Source of the DNA: Octopus vulgaris
Taxonomy: Eukaryota
Length of the DNA stretch: 64,000 bases
Direction of reading: 5' to 3'
NCBI GenBank assembly: GCA_951406725.2
Contig: OX597817.1
Location: forward strand, 56,234,001-56,298,000
This document shows positions 40,840-55,563 of this stretch, piece by piece. Position numbers and translations under genes: made by a program. The notes below the pieces were generated by a model. The model was not told where the DNA came from and did not search any database. It was given only the letters and a program-made list of their open reading frames with translations. Position 1 is the stretch's first letter. Every line of letters begins with the position of its first letter.

Positions 40840-41331
40840 ATTTCTGAAGATGATGAGGGGGTGAGCCTGGGTAGAAACGACCTAACACTTGAGTGGTACG
40901 AAAATGCTTGTACGTGGCGACAATCACCCGGGGTAGATTGAGCCGGCTCCGACCAACCGGTTCACCATGTCCCTCACAAATAATTACCACATCTGACTGT
41001 CGGCCCTAAGGTTCCAGGAGACAAAGAAATGCTTCTGCCTCCGGCCCAAAGTTCCGACTTCAAAATTTGACAAATTCCCCGTAGTATTTCTGAAGATGAT
41101 GAGGGGGTGAGTCTGGGTAGAAACGACCTAACACTTGAGTGGTACGAAAATACTTGTACGTGGCGACAATCACCCGGGGTAGATTGAGCCGGCTCCGACC
41201 AACCAGTTCACAATGTGCCTCACAAATAATTACCACATCTGACTGTCGGCCCTAAGGTTCCTGCTGACAAAGGAATGCTTCTGCCTCCGGCCCAAAGTTC
41301 CAACTTCAAAATTTAACAAATTCCCCGTAGT
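40840..41331. repeat. tandem duplication of a 246-bp unit
   Basis: 40840-41085 and 41086-41331 differ only by scattered substitutions. Confidence 0.95.
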
Positions 41332-41477
41332 ATTTTTTCGGTGTCGAGGTGTAGAGTTCATATTCGGATTTTTAGTGAGAATACAAGTTCACATGTGGTT
41401 CCCAGTCATATACTTACTTTGTGATCCATTGCAAGAAATTATTATTATTTTTATTAGTATCATTATTATTATTATTA

Positions 41478-41532
<55 letters not shown>

Positions 41533-41952
41533 CATTATTATTATTATTATTATTATTATGATGATGATGATTATTAAATACCTAGCGGTATTTCGTCTGC
41601 CGTTACGTTCTGAGTTCAAATTCCGCCGAGGTCGAAAAAATGAAATAAATATTTCTCAAACCTTTTCTTGCAGCTAATTAAGCAGTTACTGTTGTTGTTG
41701 TTGTTGTTGTTGTTGTGCCTCATATTTTTTTGACTAAGCTCTTGTTGATATTTCGTGATTCTATTTAGATTTCTTCCTGATCAAAATATCGCCTCATTCG
41801 TCTTAATTCTCCTTGACCTCCCCAAACCTTTCACCCGTCGCCATGTTTAACATCAGCGTAATGAGCTAAATCTGCCTTTAGCTATTACCTACCGTCTGAA
41901 GTATATAAACGAAATGTGCAGAGTTGATATTTTTTATCGGTGCACACTTTAG

Positions 41953-42026
<74 letters not shown>

Positions 42027-42028
<2 letters not shown>

Positions 42029-42567
42029 CCAACATTATGGAATAACAACAGAAAAAAGATGGTATAGGCACACACCAGAAAAGGCCACAGAAAACGAGAA
42101 AGCAACCATATTCTGGGATATGCCGATACACACAGATAGAGAAATTAAGGCCAACAGACCAGATATAGTTGTCAGAGATCACGAAGAAAACAAATGCTTT
42201 CTAATTGATGTATCAATACCGGCAGATGACAACGTGTCTCTAAAAGAAATGGAGAAACTCTCAAAATACAAAGACCTGGAAATAGAGGTAACTAGAATGT
42301 GGAACCTGAAAACAGAAACAATTCCTATCATAGTAGGTGCATTAGGCATGATAAAAAAGTATTCAGACAAATACATAACAAAAACACCAGGACTTACAAA
42401 CACATATAACATACAGAAAATTGCACTACTAGGCACTGCACACATCCTACGCAGAACATTTTGCATACAATAACCATCAGAGCATCACAACAAATCACAG
42501 CACATACCCAAGGCACACAGAGCTGCGCTCGGTAGTGAAGTGAAAGCACGCTATAAAAATAAAACTA

Positions 42568-42570
<3 letters not shown>
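42027..42570 (+). mobile_element. R4/Dong family A, second 5'-truncated copy
   Basis: Near-identical to the reverse complement of 26327-26870; ORF 42120-42473 (RPDIV, LIDVSIP); (TAA)n on both sides. Confidence 0.93.
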
Positions 42571-42666
<96 letters not shown>

Positions 42667-42845
42667 AAGAAATTTTTTATTGGTCCGAAAGCATTTAATC
42701 ACACGTCTGCTCAACAACAAAATCATCATCTTCATCAGATTAATAACACCACTGACACAAGAACACTACCACCACCAACAACAACAACAGCTACTACTAC
42801 TACTACTACTACTACTACTGCTATAAATAACAATATTAATAATAA

Positions 42846-43160
42846 TGGAAGAAATAGAAAAAGTTGAAGAATATGGATACCTGAGAATTAAGATCCCTAA
42901 GAAGTGGCATCTACGACAGTCAACCATAAAGGTTGACCCTATTGTCATCGGAGTATTGGGTTCAATACCACCCAATCTGAAAAGACTTTTAAAAACTTAT
43001 GCAATACATCTAGATTGTAAAGTATTTCTCAAGTCGACATTACTCGGAACTGGACGCATATTGGTTAAAGTACTGTCTGTCTGAGGTCCTTGTTGTGACT
43101 TGACAGACAGTACAAATCCCTGGTAGACACAATATCTTCACTCAACAACATCATGATATT
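42846..43160 (+). mobile_element. R4/Dong-like family C 3' fragment
   Basis: EKVEEYGYLRIKI..W...VDPIVIGVLGSIP...KSTLLGTGRIL; followed by (TAA)n. Confidence 0.75.
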
Positions 43161-43177
43161 GTATATTGTGTGACATC

Positions 43178-43251
<74 letters not shown>

Positions 43252-43257
43252 TAATAA

Positions 43258-43445
43258 TCCTTTCTATCTTAGGTACAAGAACTGAAATGTTGAGGGAAGG
43301 GAGATAGTCGATTACATTGACACCCAGTGTTTAACTGGTGCTTAATTTATCGACCACGAAAGGATGAAAAGCAAAGTCGACCTCGGCGGAATTTAAACTT
43401 AGAACATAACGGCAGACGAAATACCTATTTCTTTACTACTCGCAA
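43258..43445 (-). mobile_element. SINE family A
   Basis: Reverse complement of the centre and tail. Confidence 0.8.
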
Positions 43446-43489
43446 GGGGCTGGACAGGTGCATGGTGGACCACGCGTCAGATGTCGAAG

Positions 43490-43605
43490 ACAACACAAAG
43501 CAATGTGAGATGAAGTGTTTTGCTCAAAAACACTACGCACCACCCTGCCTAGGAATTGAAATCACGATGTTGCGATCGTGAGTGCAATACTCTTACCAGT
43601 GAGCA
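43490..43605 (-). mobile_element. SINE head (family C'-like), degenerate
   Basis: gtgttttgctcaa...ggaattgaaatcacgatgttgcgatcgtgag. Confidence 0.6.
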
Positions 43606-43920
43606 TAACTATACATATACACGCATGTGTGTGTGTGCATGTGTGTGTGAAGGTCATTATCCTACAAACGAAACACAATATAATGGTAAAGAATGTGAAC
43701 CATGCAGACGTTTAAAAGAAGAGGGCATGAGGTATGGAAGGCAAGAAAAGCCAATATGTGTCTGATAAAATAATAAGTACCGGGAAACCTATAATCGAGA
43801 ACACCTTTGAACCCCCAACCTGGCCACAATCCAATAACACAAACGAACATAAAAGCGCATGTATATCTACATTCAAGTACAAATATGCAGAGATACGTGT
43901 ATACATGTGAATATAGGAGC

Positions 43921-43973
<53 letters not shown>

Positions 43974-45221
43974 GTGTGTATGTAAAATTGACTTTGGATA
44001 TATGAATGTCTTAATATATCTTTTTATTATCATCAAATCAGAGTGCCATTGCTGTGCTCTGACATTGAGCACACTCCTGCCCAATGCATCGACTTTTGCA
44101 TTCAGATGCATATTGCATATAACACGTTTGTAGATGCGCACACATATACACACATACACATATGAATATACATATGCATGCATATCTATATAAATACATA
44201 CACTTAATAAGAACAAAAAGTAAGATGTGTCTGTGTGCGTGTATCAATATCTCTTTAAAAAATTGTCGATACCTTTTATGTTGGGGAACGCAAAGTGATC
44301 AATACTTGCGCAGAGCTTAGATATACGCATAATGTATAATAGATGGTTCTAAATCTATGTATAGATGTGTGTGTGCGTGTGTGTATATATATGTATATCA
44401 TATGAATGTGTATGTATATATAAGTATATATAAGAGTATGCATCTATATACATATATATACACATAATTATATATTTGTATTTGTGTGTATATAGTTATA
44501 CATGCACGTATATGTATGCATGTACGTAATCTGCTTCTTTGCCTCATATGAAAAGTTTAGGAAATTTTGCATTTCTTCTTTAGTGAGGGAAAGGCAGCTT
44601 CTCTTGTAGAAACTGCATATATCTGTATGACTAAGATTTGCACACGCGGACGTGCGAGGAGATTCAGATAAAGACGGAGTGCTTTTGGGGTTATTAATGC
44701 TACGATGAAGTTAAATCTACGAATTGAAATTCTTTTCTTCCAAAATCCCTTTCTGAAAATTAACTTTGTATTCTGTTGTACCTGGGGAGAGTCATTTTCT
44801 TTTTGTGCCTTTTAATTTTGTGTGTTTCCAGTCTAATACTATAAAATCCTTACATTTACGGCGTTCCATGTATTTAGAATTGTCCCTGATAGAGAGTTAG
44901 TTGTACAAAATATAGAAAATAATAATGCATTAGTTTGAATTCTGATTATGCGTTCGAAACTGAAAATCGGTTTCACTAACAGATTCGTCAGTTATTCATT
45001 TGTACGGGAAGTACATTTGTAGTGACGGAGGAGTGTGTCACGCCGGGCGAAATGCTAGGCGGTATTATATAATTATCGGTTTCACAATTCTTCTTATATT
45101 CTAAAACTATCACAATATAGAAACATTTCTCATAGCACCACCACACAATTTACAGATGCTTACATATTTTATATTTTCCATGGGTCCAGCTAGTTATTAT
45201 TATTAGTACTATTATTATTAT

Positions 45222-45351
45222 TGCCTTTACACAGCTTCTAACGCTGGAGATGTATTACGGTGACAGCTGTTCACTACCAGTGAACTAAGGCAAACACCTC
45301 TTATTTTTAGACACATTCTGGAGTATTCAAGCGGTTCCAAGCAGTGCCATT

Positions 45352-45352
<1 letters not shown>
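45222..45352 (-). mobile_element. R4/Dong-like family D 3' tip
   Basis: Minus strand MALLGTA*ILQNV plus short 3' UTR; (ATT)n on both sides. Confidence 0.6.
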
Positions 45353-45418
<66 letters not shown>

Positions 45419-45727
45419 CTTCTTTCAATTCTGTTTCCATTACCGAGTGTCTTCCTAACACCTAGAGAAACTTACTGTATACATTGGTAAGCCATTAAAA
45501 TAAACACACTAGATTGTTCATGTACAAAGTTATTTCATAGAGAACAGGGGGAAGGAAGACAGAAGAAAATTGTTAAATAAAAAAGTAAAGAAAGAAAATA
45601 AAGGGGCAAATGTAAAGAAAATTCACGTTGACAATGCTCTTCTGAATACGTGTGACCAATTAAAACAATATTTTGCACTTTCTGCATAGATGGTAAGTCA
45701 GTGATCATTCTTAAATAATTTTCAGTT
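45419..45727 (-). mobile_element. R4/Dong family B-related 3' fragment
   Basis: Aligns with 27450-27720 (ccgagtgt..cacctag; ttttgcactt...gatggtaag..gtgatcatt); (ATT)n flanks. Confidence 0.7.
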
Positions 45728-45751
45728 TATTATTATTATTATTTTTATTTT

Positions 45752-46235
45752 TAAGATTATAAAGGACTGAGGTAACTCCTCCAGAAGTTATAGAGAGATA
45801 GACAGAAGAATGCCCTAGTTATTATGTGAAATCGGTTGAACGATATTTCGGCATTTAGTGTGCCTTCCATAGGTTCAAAAATTACATGTCCGTCTATTTA
45901 ATTTTTTTTTTTTTTGATAAGATTACATAGCACTGAGCTAACTCCTCCAGAAGTGATACAGAAATAAATAGAAGAGTGCCATACCTATCATGTGAAATTG
46001 GTTGAACGATAGATGCCGAAGTATCGTTCAACCAATTTCACATGATAACTATGTCATTCTTCTGTTTATTTCTCTGTAACTTCCGGCGGAGTTAGCTCTG
46101 TCCTATATAATCTTAACAAAAAAAAAATGAAGTAGGCTGACATGTAATTTTGAACCTGTTGAAGGCACACTAGATGCCGAAATATCGTTCAACCAATTTC
46201 ACATTATAACTATGACACTCTTCTATTTATTTATC

Positions 46236-46237
<2 letters not shown>
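45752..46237. repeat. ~165-bp unit repeated in tandem and then inverted (large palindrome)
   Basis: Units start at 45752 and 45918; inverted units from ~46010 and 46171; centre ~46016. Confidence 0.9.
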
Positions 46238-46289
<52 letters not shown>

Positions 46290-46291
46290 CA

Positions 46292-46352
<61 letters not shown>

Positions 46353-46399
46353 CATTATTATTATTATTATTAATATTATTATTATTAATATTATTACTA

Positions 46400-46460
<61 letters not shown>

Positions 46461-47273
46461 GGTGAAGATTATCATTGACTTCTTCGAGACAGTATCAGAG
46501 GCACCAAGAAGACAAATATTATGGAAAGAGGAGTACAGTGTCCGACAGAGCAGTTGCAAAATTATAATATAGTTGGAAAGTGCGGATTGTAGGATCGCGT
46601 AGGCTGCAGGTAGCCATGCAAGACGTCAGGTGTTCCAACAGAAATTGAGTTAAATGAAAATTGAGAGGGTGATGAAGATGATGATGATGATGATGATGAT
46701 GATGATAGCAAAATGAAGAAGAAGAAGAAAATGAAGAAGAAAAAGAAAAAAGGACGAAGTTAAAAATCAAATATATGTATGTGAATGTGTGTGCATGCGT
46801 GGCTCTGTGTACGTGCGTTGTATGTATGTATATGTGTGTGCGAGTGTATGGCTCTGTGTACATGCATTCTGTGCGTGTGTGTACATGTGTGTGTGCGAGT
46901 GTATGGCTCTGTGTACATGTATTCTGTGTGTGTGTACGCGTATGTGTGAGCGTTTGTGTGTGTACGTGTGTGTGTGTGTATGTGTGTGTGTGTGAGCGTG
47001 TGTGGTGTGTGTGCTATTCCGTAGAAGTTATTAACATGTGCTCCATGCTGGGAAGAACACTAAAGCTTTTTTGAAATTGGAAGCCATTTCAAATAAAACC
47101 GAGGCGTGTTTATTTTCCATTAAATTTCCCGGCTCTAATGTATCTAACGTATCCAGTTCTTCCTCCTACCAGAATTAAGGACTCACACGTACACACACAA
47201 CCACGGACACACACGGACACACACACGTACAACCGCGTGCACAGACATATGCAATTTTATGTCTGTCAACGTC

Positions 47274-47367
<94 letters not shown>

Positions 47368-47371
47368 TATA

Positions 47372-47416
<45 letters not shown>

Positions 47417-47420
47417 ATGC

Positions 47421-47477
<57 letters not shown>

Positions 47478-48148
47478 CATACATACACACGTATATGTGT
47501 TTGTGTGTGCGTGTCTGTTTATGCATACAGATATATGCGTGTTTACTTGTTCTAGTGTATATATGTATGTGTGTGTGTGTGTGTGTGTGGTTGAGCGGGT
47601 TGAAGATGTTTTGCTATATTTACAAAATGGTGTCCAATTTAAATGTAAGGAAATCGTAAATACAGGAAGAAGAGGAAGAGGAAGAGGAAATGGCATCATT
47701 TTAACGGGACTTCATTCGCCACGGCAGATAGTATAAAATGGTTCTTTTAAAAACAGGTCTTCGGTGTTACTTGATGGAATGTGGCGTGTTGTTTTCCTTA
47801 ACGAGAGCGGCTGATAATTAATGTATAAAAAGCAAAATATATCAGACATGTTGAACTCAACGATGATGATCATGATCATGGTGGTTATAGTGGTTGTCAT
47901 AGCGATGGTGATGGTGGGTTGTCATAGAGATGGTGGGTTGCCATAGTCATGGCGATTTCCACCTCGGCATCCGAAACTCGGAGTTTTATTATGGCTACCG
48001 ATGATTTACAGATAAATTCCTCTATTTACTTAATATAGAGGTCTCTTTCATTCTTTTGCTGTCTTACCATTTTTATCAAGATATATATATATATCTATAT
48101 AATCTGGTTAAGATAAATGATATTTGAAATATAACTTCTCTCACCCCA

Positions 48149-48200
<52 letters not shown>

Positions 48201-48283
48201 TTGGGTCGATGTAATTGAGTGGTCCCTTCCCATAAAATATATATAGTGAGATAGTCTGTGTGCGAGTGCGCGCAACCTATATA

Positions 48284-48629
48284 CAGGGTGATTCGAAAGT
48301 CTCCATACATAGGAAAAATTTATTATTTTATAAGAAACACTTTATAAGATCCCCTAGATGCCCTGATCTGACCCCTCTTGATTTCTATCTTTGAGGGCAC
48401 TTGAAAGGCATGGTGTATCGCGGAAAGATAAAAGACTTAAATGATTTGAAGGTACGCATCACGTATCACCAGATGTGCTATTACGAGTTCACAAGGAGTG
48501 GAGTAAACGCATTGCAATGTGTATTCAAAACAATCGTAACTGTTAAATGAAAAAAAAAACTGTTCTTATAAACTGTTTCTTATAAAAAGATAAATTGTTC
48601 CTATGTATGGCGACTTTTGTGTCACTCTG
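48284..48629 (+). mobile_element. internally deleted Tc1/mariner-superfamily element
   Basis: TA TSD; ~55-bp imperfect TIRs CAGGGTGA...; internal PRCPDLTPLDFYL*GHLKGMVY (SPDLTPLDF motif). Confidence 0.88.
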
Positions 48630-48892
48630 TAGTTTATACTTAAACGCAGCTAATTTATCTATTTCTCCATGGTTTAAAAAAATTAACCTTAATCTATTTT
48701 CGAATCCCATTGGATTCTCATCGGCGGCTTCTACATCATTTTGACCAATGCGGATCAATCTCTTTGTATACACAAGATTTACTGTAACAACAGAGAACTG
48801 GAGTTATAATTAGCATACTATAAGTGTTAACAGGGACTTGCCCGCAGGAACTCACTCCACACAGTATATATAATATGTGTAACCTTTCTATA

Positions 48893-48944
<52 letters not shown>

Positions 48945-48950
48945 ATATGC

Positions 48951-48994
<44 letters not shown>

Positions 48995-49079
48995 CTCCTT
49001 TCTACTATAGGCACAAGGCCTGAAATTTTGTGGGAAGGACCACTGGATTACATCGAACCCAGTATATATATATATTTAT

Positions 49080-49122
<43 letters not shown>

Positions 49123-49859
49123 CTGTTTCAAACATCATTTATGTTATCCAGATTCTATATTTTTCCCACACTGACATTTAATATGGCTACCTCTTGCAGT
49201 AAATCAATAAAAGGTGGTAACATGAAAGGAAATAGCAATGAACAGGAGATTTAAAGGAAAGCACTTCTATAGTCTTCGAACACGTCGAAACGATTTCAAG
49301 AAACGATAAACAGAAAAAAAACGATAGGCAATAACCCAAAATGACTTCATTTCTTCTACTGTTAATTAATAATTACTGGTTCATTGCGTGCTTTTGGTAA
49401 TTTCTCGTAGAATAACTTTGATTCTCTGCCGAAATCAGAAACCGCCATACTGTGCTTTGAATTACGCGCTTTACGGCGAGTGCTGCGCGTTTTCATTGTC
49501 TATTTTGTCTTGACTCATTATTTGTTATATGCCCCCCCCCCCCCATCCCCCATTTATTAGGTATGAAGTAGGTTTTTCTCGACATCATTAAATATGTCAT
49601 TCGGTTGCACTATTTTTAGCTTAGTATTATTTTTTTTTTTTTTCACCATTTCTGTCCTTGCTTTCTACTCTCCAAACAAATAGCTGTTATTTCATCCTCT
49701 GTGTTACATTTCTTGGCTTCTTTGGAAATAGAAATTTTTGTTTGTTTTAGTCGTATTTTGTTGAAATTTCTGTACATTTTTCTTTTGTTCTTAGCATTTG
49801 TTCTTACCAAATATTTCTATAGTTTTCTATAGATATTTTGACACAGCTTCTCACTTTCC

Positions 49860-49960
49860 GAAGCCATGTAACTCACGGTTTTTGTGGTAAATATAATCTT
49901 TCTATGTCTGAATGTGGATGGTGTATGGCAAATTTAGTAAAGGCCAATTCTCAAAAACCT
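49860..49960 (-). mobile_element. possible decayed R4-like fragment
   Basis: Minus strand IHHPHSDIERLYLP resembles MHHPNADVNRLYLP in family B. Confidence 0.35.
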
Positions 49961-50770
49961 GGATCATTCTTGTCTTTGGCTGGTTGTCTTAATCCGCCGC
50001 TCACTTTGGGATTAACATTTGACCATTGGGTACTTTTACTGTTTTTCGGTATCTGGATAACCTTTCTTCTTCCTCCAGTTTCGGAGCATCTGCAAATGGC
50101 AATGTTCGTTGCTATTTCTCTTCTGACAACGGTATTAGTTGTAACAAGGGTGAAAAGTCCATATAAAATAAATTTATTTTCACAAACATCAAATATGCAA
50201 CTTCAATGCTTCAGGGAGATCCATCCTTAGCATATGCTAAGGCAACTCTGGAATTGTGTTGTAATGTATGAGGGTAGATACTGGGTGTTAGAGCAGATAA
50301 ATTTCTACGTTTTCGGTAGAGAATGACAGAGAGATAAGATGAAGAATCTTCGAAAGTATCTCAAGTATGTTTTTAATTTCATTTTGATTAATCATAGCCA
50401 CGACATAAGACATTCCATTCGATTGAGCTATTTCTATCGTAAGAAAATTGCGAACTCAATGAATCACATTTATTACAAAAGATTTTTCAATAATAATAAT
50501 ACATTTTCACCCAATATTAATACTGAGGCCACCTTTCATATAAGAGATGATAACTTTATTGTGTCTGCAATGTCATCATCGTAGTGGATTAAATTTTCCC
50601 AGAATGAGTTTATGAATAACAAATAATTTCTAAGAGATTTCAGCGAGATCATATCGTCCGATTTAGATGTTAAACAATTCCGTACTACATATCATGTTTA
50701 ACTGAAAAGAAATCATAAAAAGTAAGCGATTTTTCCGCGTGAATCATTATGGTAATATTTGGGTCCTTAA

Positions 50771-50945
50771 AGGCGGTGAACTGACAGAAACGTTAGTACG
50801 CCGGGCGAAATGATTAGCGCTATTTCGTCTGCCGTTACGTTCTGAGTTCAAATTTTTTGCCTTTCATCTTTTCGAGGGGTTGATGTATTCGACTTACATG
50901 TATTCTCGAAATTACTGGCCTTGTGTCAAAACTTCGAACCAATAT
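50771..50945 (+). mobile_element. SINE family A, deleted copy
   Basis: ggcggtgaactgacagaaacgttagtacgccgggcgaaatg... Confidence 0.8.
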
Positions 50946-51720
50946 TTGAATTGTTAATTTTTTTACAAACGGCTAAATTTTTTTTTTAAGTACAAGTTCT
51001 GCTATACACGTGTAATATCCTATAATATTAAATTGTAAAAAATTAGAGCCAGATTTATCATTAAAGCATTAAACTACGCAATTACTGTGGTGCTATTCTC
51101 CCAGAGGGGTAGATAGATAATCGAAGCCGGTACTTAATCGTAACGAAGCACATTTTGCTATCTTTGCCCTTAACGCTTTTATAGGGGATATTAATACAAC
51201 AGTTACAGACCGCTTTAAAGAGTTACAGATCTCTTTAAATACACCACCACCATGTATTTAGAGACTAGTTGCTAATTATTTTGCATCTTCATTAATTAAG
51301 TTATTGGTACCGACGTAGGTGGTTTCATAACATTTGCGATATTGTAAAGATTTGCAAATATAGGGTTGACAATCTCTTACAAGTTTATATTTCTCGCAAA
51401 ATCTGAAGCTTCGTGGATGTGCTTAGAATTTCTAAGTTGGTCTCAGTTCTTTATCGAAGATGTGCTGGGATTTATTGGAATATTTCTTGAATATTATCGT
51501 TTTGTACGTCTTTGGAAAATTCACTTTCTTTTATTTAATTTTCTGTTTATTTTTTCCATTTTCGTTTTCTGTCACTTCCTTCGTTTCCCATTCTCTCACA
51601 TACGATTAAGAACTTGTGTTATTTTGATATTGTCACGATTTACGCATGTTATTTTCTCTCTTATTCGTTCTTTATAATTCTTAAATTTATGTTCGGATTT
51701 GTATTTCATTATTTGTTCTT

Positions 51721-51801
<81 letters not shown>

Positions 51802-51952
51802 AATATAAATGTGTGTGTGAGTTATTTGTGTGTGCGTGTGTGTGTGTGTGTATAGTGAAAGAGATTGGTATTTGAATACGAGTAAGGGAGTGTGCCCCAA
51901 TACGTCTAAATATGTTATATACATTATATATATATGTTACATTATATATATA

Positions 51953-52009
<57 letters not shown>

Positions 52010-52268
52010 TGAGCGCATGTATTTATGTATACTTCTTATTTAAAAACGGTTTCCAAAACAATTTTTGAATGTCCTCCAACGGTGGTTCTTGCCACCGAGT
52101 AATTTGTCGGAATTCAAAATGTCGGCATAATTATCCCGTGACAATGCCTGAAATTTTTATTTCGTTATATAGATCTGCATAAATATACAGTGTCCGGAGC
52201 CTTCGATATGTGTATCTCACAGCGGGGAGTTAAACACCGTTGATGTCTAATCGACTTCAAGAGAGATA

Positions 52269-52490
52269 CAATAATCCCTCACCATATCGCGGTTCGCCTA
52301 TCGCGGTTTCTTATTTAAGCTTCCGTCGATTCCTCCTTGGTGTTGTTTTGAATTTATAATAAAAAATATGTATACAAATAATAAAAATAATAATAAAATA
52401 TACAGTACAGTACTATTTCTATTTCGCAGATTTTCATCCATCACGTGAGGTTCTGGAACGTAAGACCCGAGATAGTCGAGGAATTTACTG
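52269..52490. mobile_element. pogo/Tigger-like MITE
   Basis: TA flanks; imperfect TIRs caataatccctcaccatatcgcgg / cccgagatagtcgaggaatttactg. Confidence 0.65.
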
Positions 52491-52801
52491 TATATGCAAA
52501 TATAAAATTCCGGGGAGTTGACATTTTGTGGAGGGTAACTGGGCAAAGTTGCCAGTGTTGGCCCCTAGGAGATTAGGGAAATCTGATAAGAGGAATAGAA
52601 TGCTTGGAAGGGGTTTGCATGGACAGTAGAAAAGTTAAAGGGTCTGCATCGTCTGTTTTGGTCAGGTCCCTGAATGTCTTTCGATGAGAGATTGTGGGGG
52701 ATTTTTCAAGTGTCCCTTTTCTACTATTTAAGATCTCTACCAATGTAACAGCAGCACCGAACCATTAGGGAATAAATAAATAAATACAATACAATACAAT
52801 A

Positions 52802-53170
52802 GGGCGTGGCTGTGTGGAGGCGCAGGCGGTGGTTGTGTGGTAAGGAGTTTGCTTCCCAACCACATGCTTCCGGGTTCAGTCCCACTGCGTGGCACCTGGG
52901 GCAAATGTCTTCTACTATAGCCTCGGGACGACCAAAGCCTTGTGAGTGGATTTGGTTGACGGAAACTGAAAGAATCCCGTCGTGTGTGTGTTTGTGTCTG
53001 CGTTTGTCCCTACCCCCATCGCTTGACAACCGATGCTGATTTATTTAGAAGAGACAGATAGAACATGTACCAGGCTTACAAAGAATATGTCCAGGGGTCG
53101 ATTTGTTCGACTAAAAAGCGGTGCTCAAGCATGGCCGCAGTCGAATGACTGAAACAAGAGAATAAGAGTA
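52802..53170 (+). mobile_element. SINE family B, full length
   Basis: tRNA-like head (tggttgtgtgg, ggttcagtccc), CORE-like cctggggcaaat, conserved tail. Confidence 0.88.
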
Positions 53171-53598
53171 TAAAAAAATAAAATAAACCAGTGAAAAGTT
53201 AGCAGAAACGATATCTCTGCATTTATTTACATACATAAACAAATGCGCCGATATATATGCACACATACATATACATACATAATGCACACATACACACACA
53301 CGCATGTACATGCACTCACAAACGTATGTGTGTGTATGTATTTATATACACGTGTACGTAGGTAGTATATATACTTGTGTGCGCACACTCATGTGTGTGT
53401 GTATAGATGTACGTATTTTATGACGGGAGGTTACGGAGATTCGACTCACATCTGTACGAGGAATCACAGATATCTCTTTGTATGTGTAATAAAACAATAT
53501 TTTCACATCACCTGCAGTTTCAAAATTCAAAGGATTTTTACACAAATAACGAGATTTATCTACTTTAAACGTGTATCAGGTTTTCTCTTTCACACTGC

Positions 53599-53728
<130 letters not shown>

Positions 53729-54276
53729 CATATTTACTCACACACAGAGAAAGAAGGATACACATACACACACATATATTTGTTCGTGTTTAGAGTTTAA
53801 CTGATGTTTGGAGACGTCGGAACCATTGATGCGTAAATGCCGAACAACATTACATGTGATTGTGTGTGTGTGTGTGTGTGTGTAGAAAAACGATGTTGTC
53901 GTGAAAACGATATACAACTCCATCGGAAAAAAATCCTGCACTGAGATAAATTTAGAGAACTCACCTGCTTATTCTATGCACGTTTGTCCGTCGGGGCAGT
54001 GAGGACTGTTTCGACTAGATCCAGCGGATTCTGCCAAAGAAACCTTCATTGTTCAACTGAGGAGAAGGCGGTAGCAACGCATTGTGAAATGCAGATAGCA
54101 AGACGAAGGAAGACATCTTAATCATCAACTTCATCCGTCTCCATCCCCGGATTGAAGATGATCACGGACGAGAGAATGAGGTTAAAGGAGCGAAACTCCA
54201 CTTCAGTTTAAAAAAATTCACGTCTGAAGTTATCAGCGATCATTGCGAATGACTGGTGGTTCTTGTTATTGAATAT

Positions 54277-54620
54277 CAAACCTGGGAATCAAACCGTTAA
54301 TACGTTAACCGTTAATTAACGAAGTTAATACTTTTGTTAACAATTCAACATTTAAGTTAAGTTCGGAAATCATTATCGGATAATTAACTTCCGTTAATTT
54401 TAATTCAATTGAAGGTAACGGATTTTATAGTTTTCACACATCTTAAAGGTGGTTTTAGAACAAAAACCAATGTTTTGCTATTTGTTTTTTCTATAATAAA
54501 AATTAGCGTTAACGGTTTATCGATAACTTCAGTCATATTTTTAAAGAATTAACTGCTTGGTGGTTATCAAAGTTAACGGATTAACGAAGTTAGCTTTTCG
54601 ATTAACGCTGCCCACCTTTG
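54277..54620. mobile_element. hAT MITE with internal GTTAAC/TTAAC motifs
   Basis: Termini CAAACCTGGGA / TGCCCACCTTTG; 8-bp TSD ttgaatat / ttgaatac. Confidence 0.75.
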
Positions 54621-55300
54621 TTGAATACACACGTCAACATCGACCCTAAGAATATTGGTTGAACATTCCTATCAAAACTCTTACCAAGTGCAAACATAGC
54701 AGATAGGCAATTGTTTTTGGGAGGACAGACAAGAAAACTATGCAGAAATCAGCCACGTTGCTCGTGTGAATATCTCTTTGAAAGTAAAAGTGGAAGGGAA
54801 TGTCTAAGGACAACTGCTTCGAAGCCTCCATCTTGTATGCTCAGATTATGAATTCACGTTTATACCAATGATAATTGGTTCATTTGGTTTTGTGAATAAA
54901 TACTCAAGAGGCAATCTGGTTAAGCCAGGATTTTCAGGAAGAAGAAATCAACTCACTAGTTCACGCAAAATGTGAATTCGATGCTGTTATCTACATTCTT
55001 ATAACGGGGGTTTGTATTTATGTTTAACAACCATCTCCTTCTTTACGGGGAACTTCAAATATTTAAAAATAGAAGAGAACGTATATAATACATATATACA
55101 AACATATATACATGCACGCACAAACACATACATACGTATATACATGCATGCTTGTATATATACATAGATATAAACATGCATACATACATACACACATACA
55201 TACATACATACATACATACATACATACATACATACATACATACATACATACATACATACATACATGTATATATGTATATATAAATACTCCGTTGATGTAG

Positions 55301-55381
55301 AAAATTCAATGGAGTCTAGAATCTAGGTTGGAAACGGCCTCTTTCTCAATTGGCAAGAGATCTTGAAATATATTGAAGAAT
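55301..55381 (+). mobile_element. 3' UTR of the (TACA)n-associated RLE family
   Basis: Reverse complement of 21472-21555; lies among TACA repeats. Confidence 0.6.
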
Positions 55382-55413
55382 TACATACGTACGTATGTAA
55401 AAACAGGTATGCA

Positions 55414-55479
<66 letters not shown>

Positions 55480-55498
55480 GATAGATATATAGATACAT

Positions 55499-55563
<65 letters not shown>

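Noticed and set aside
40843-40885. ctgaaga...gaaac as a hammerhead in the 246-bp repeat
   Set aside because: No stem II or stem I pairing found
44950-44998. Minus-strand CTGACGA-N10-GAAAC
   Set aside because: Stem II is weak and stem I cannot form; at best a decayed motif
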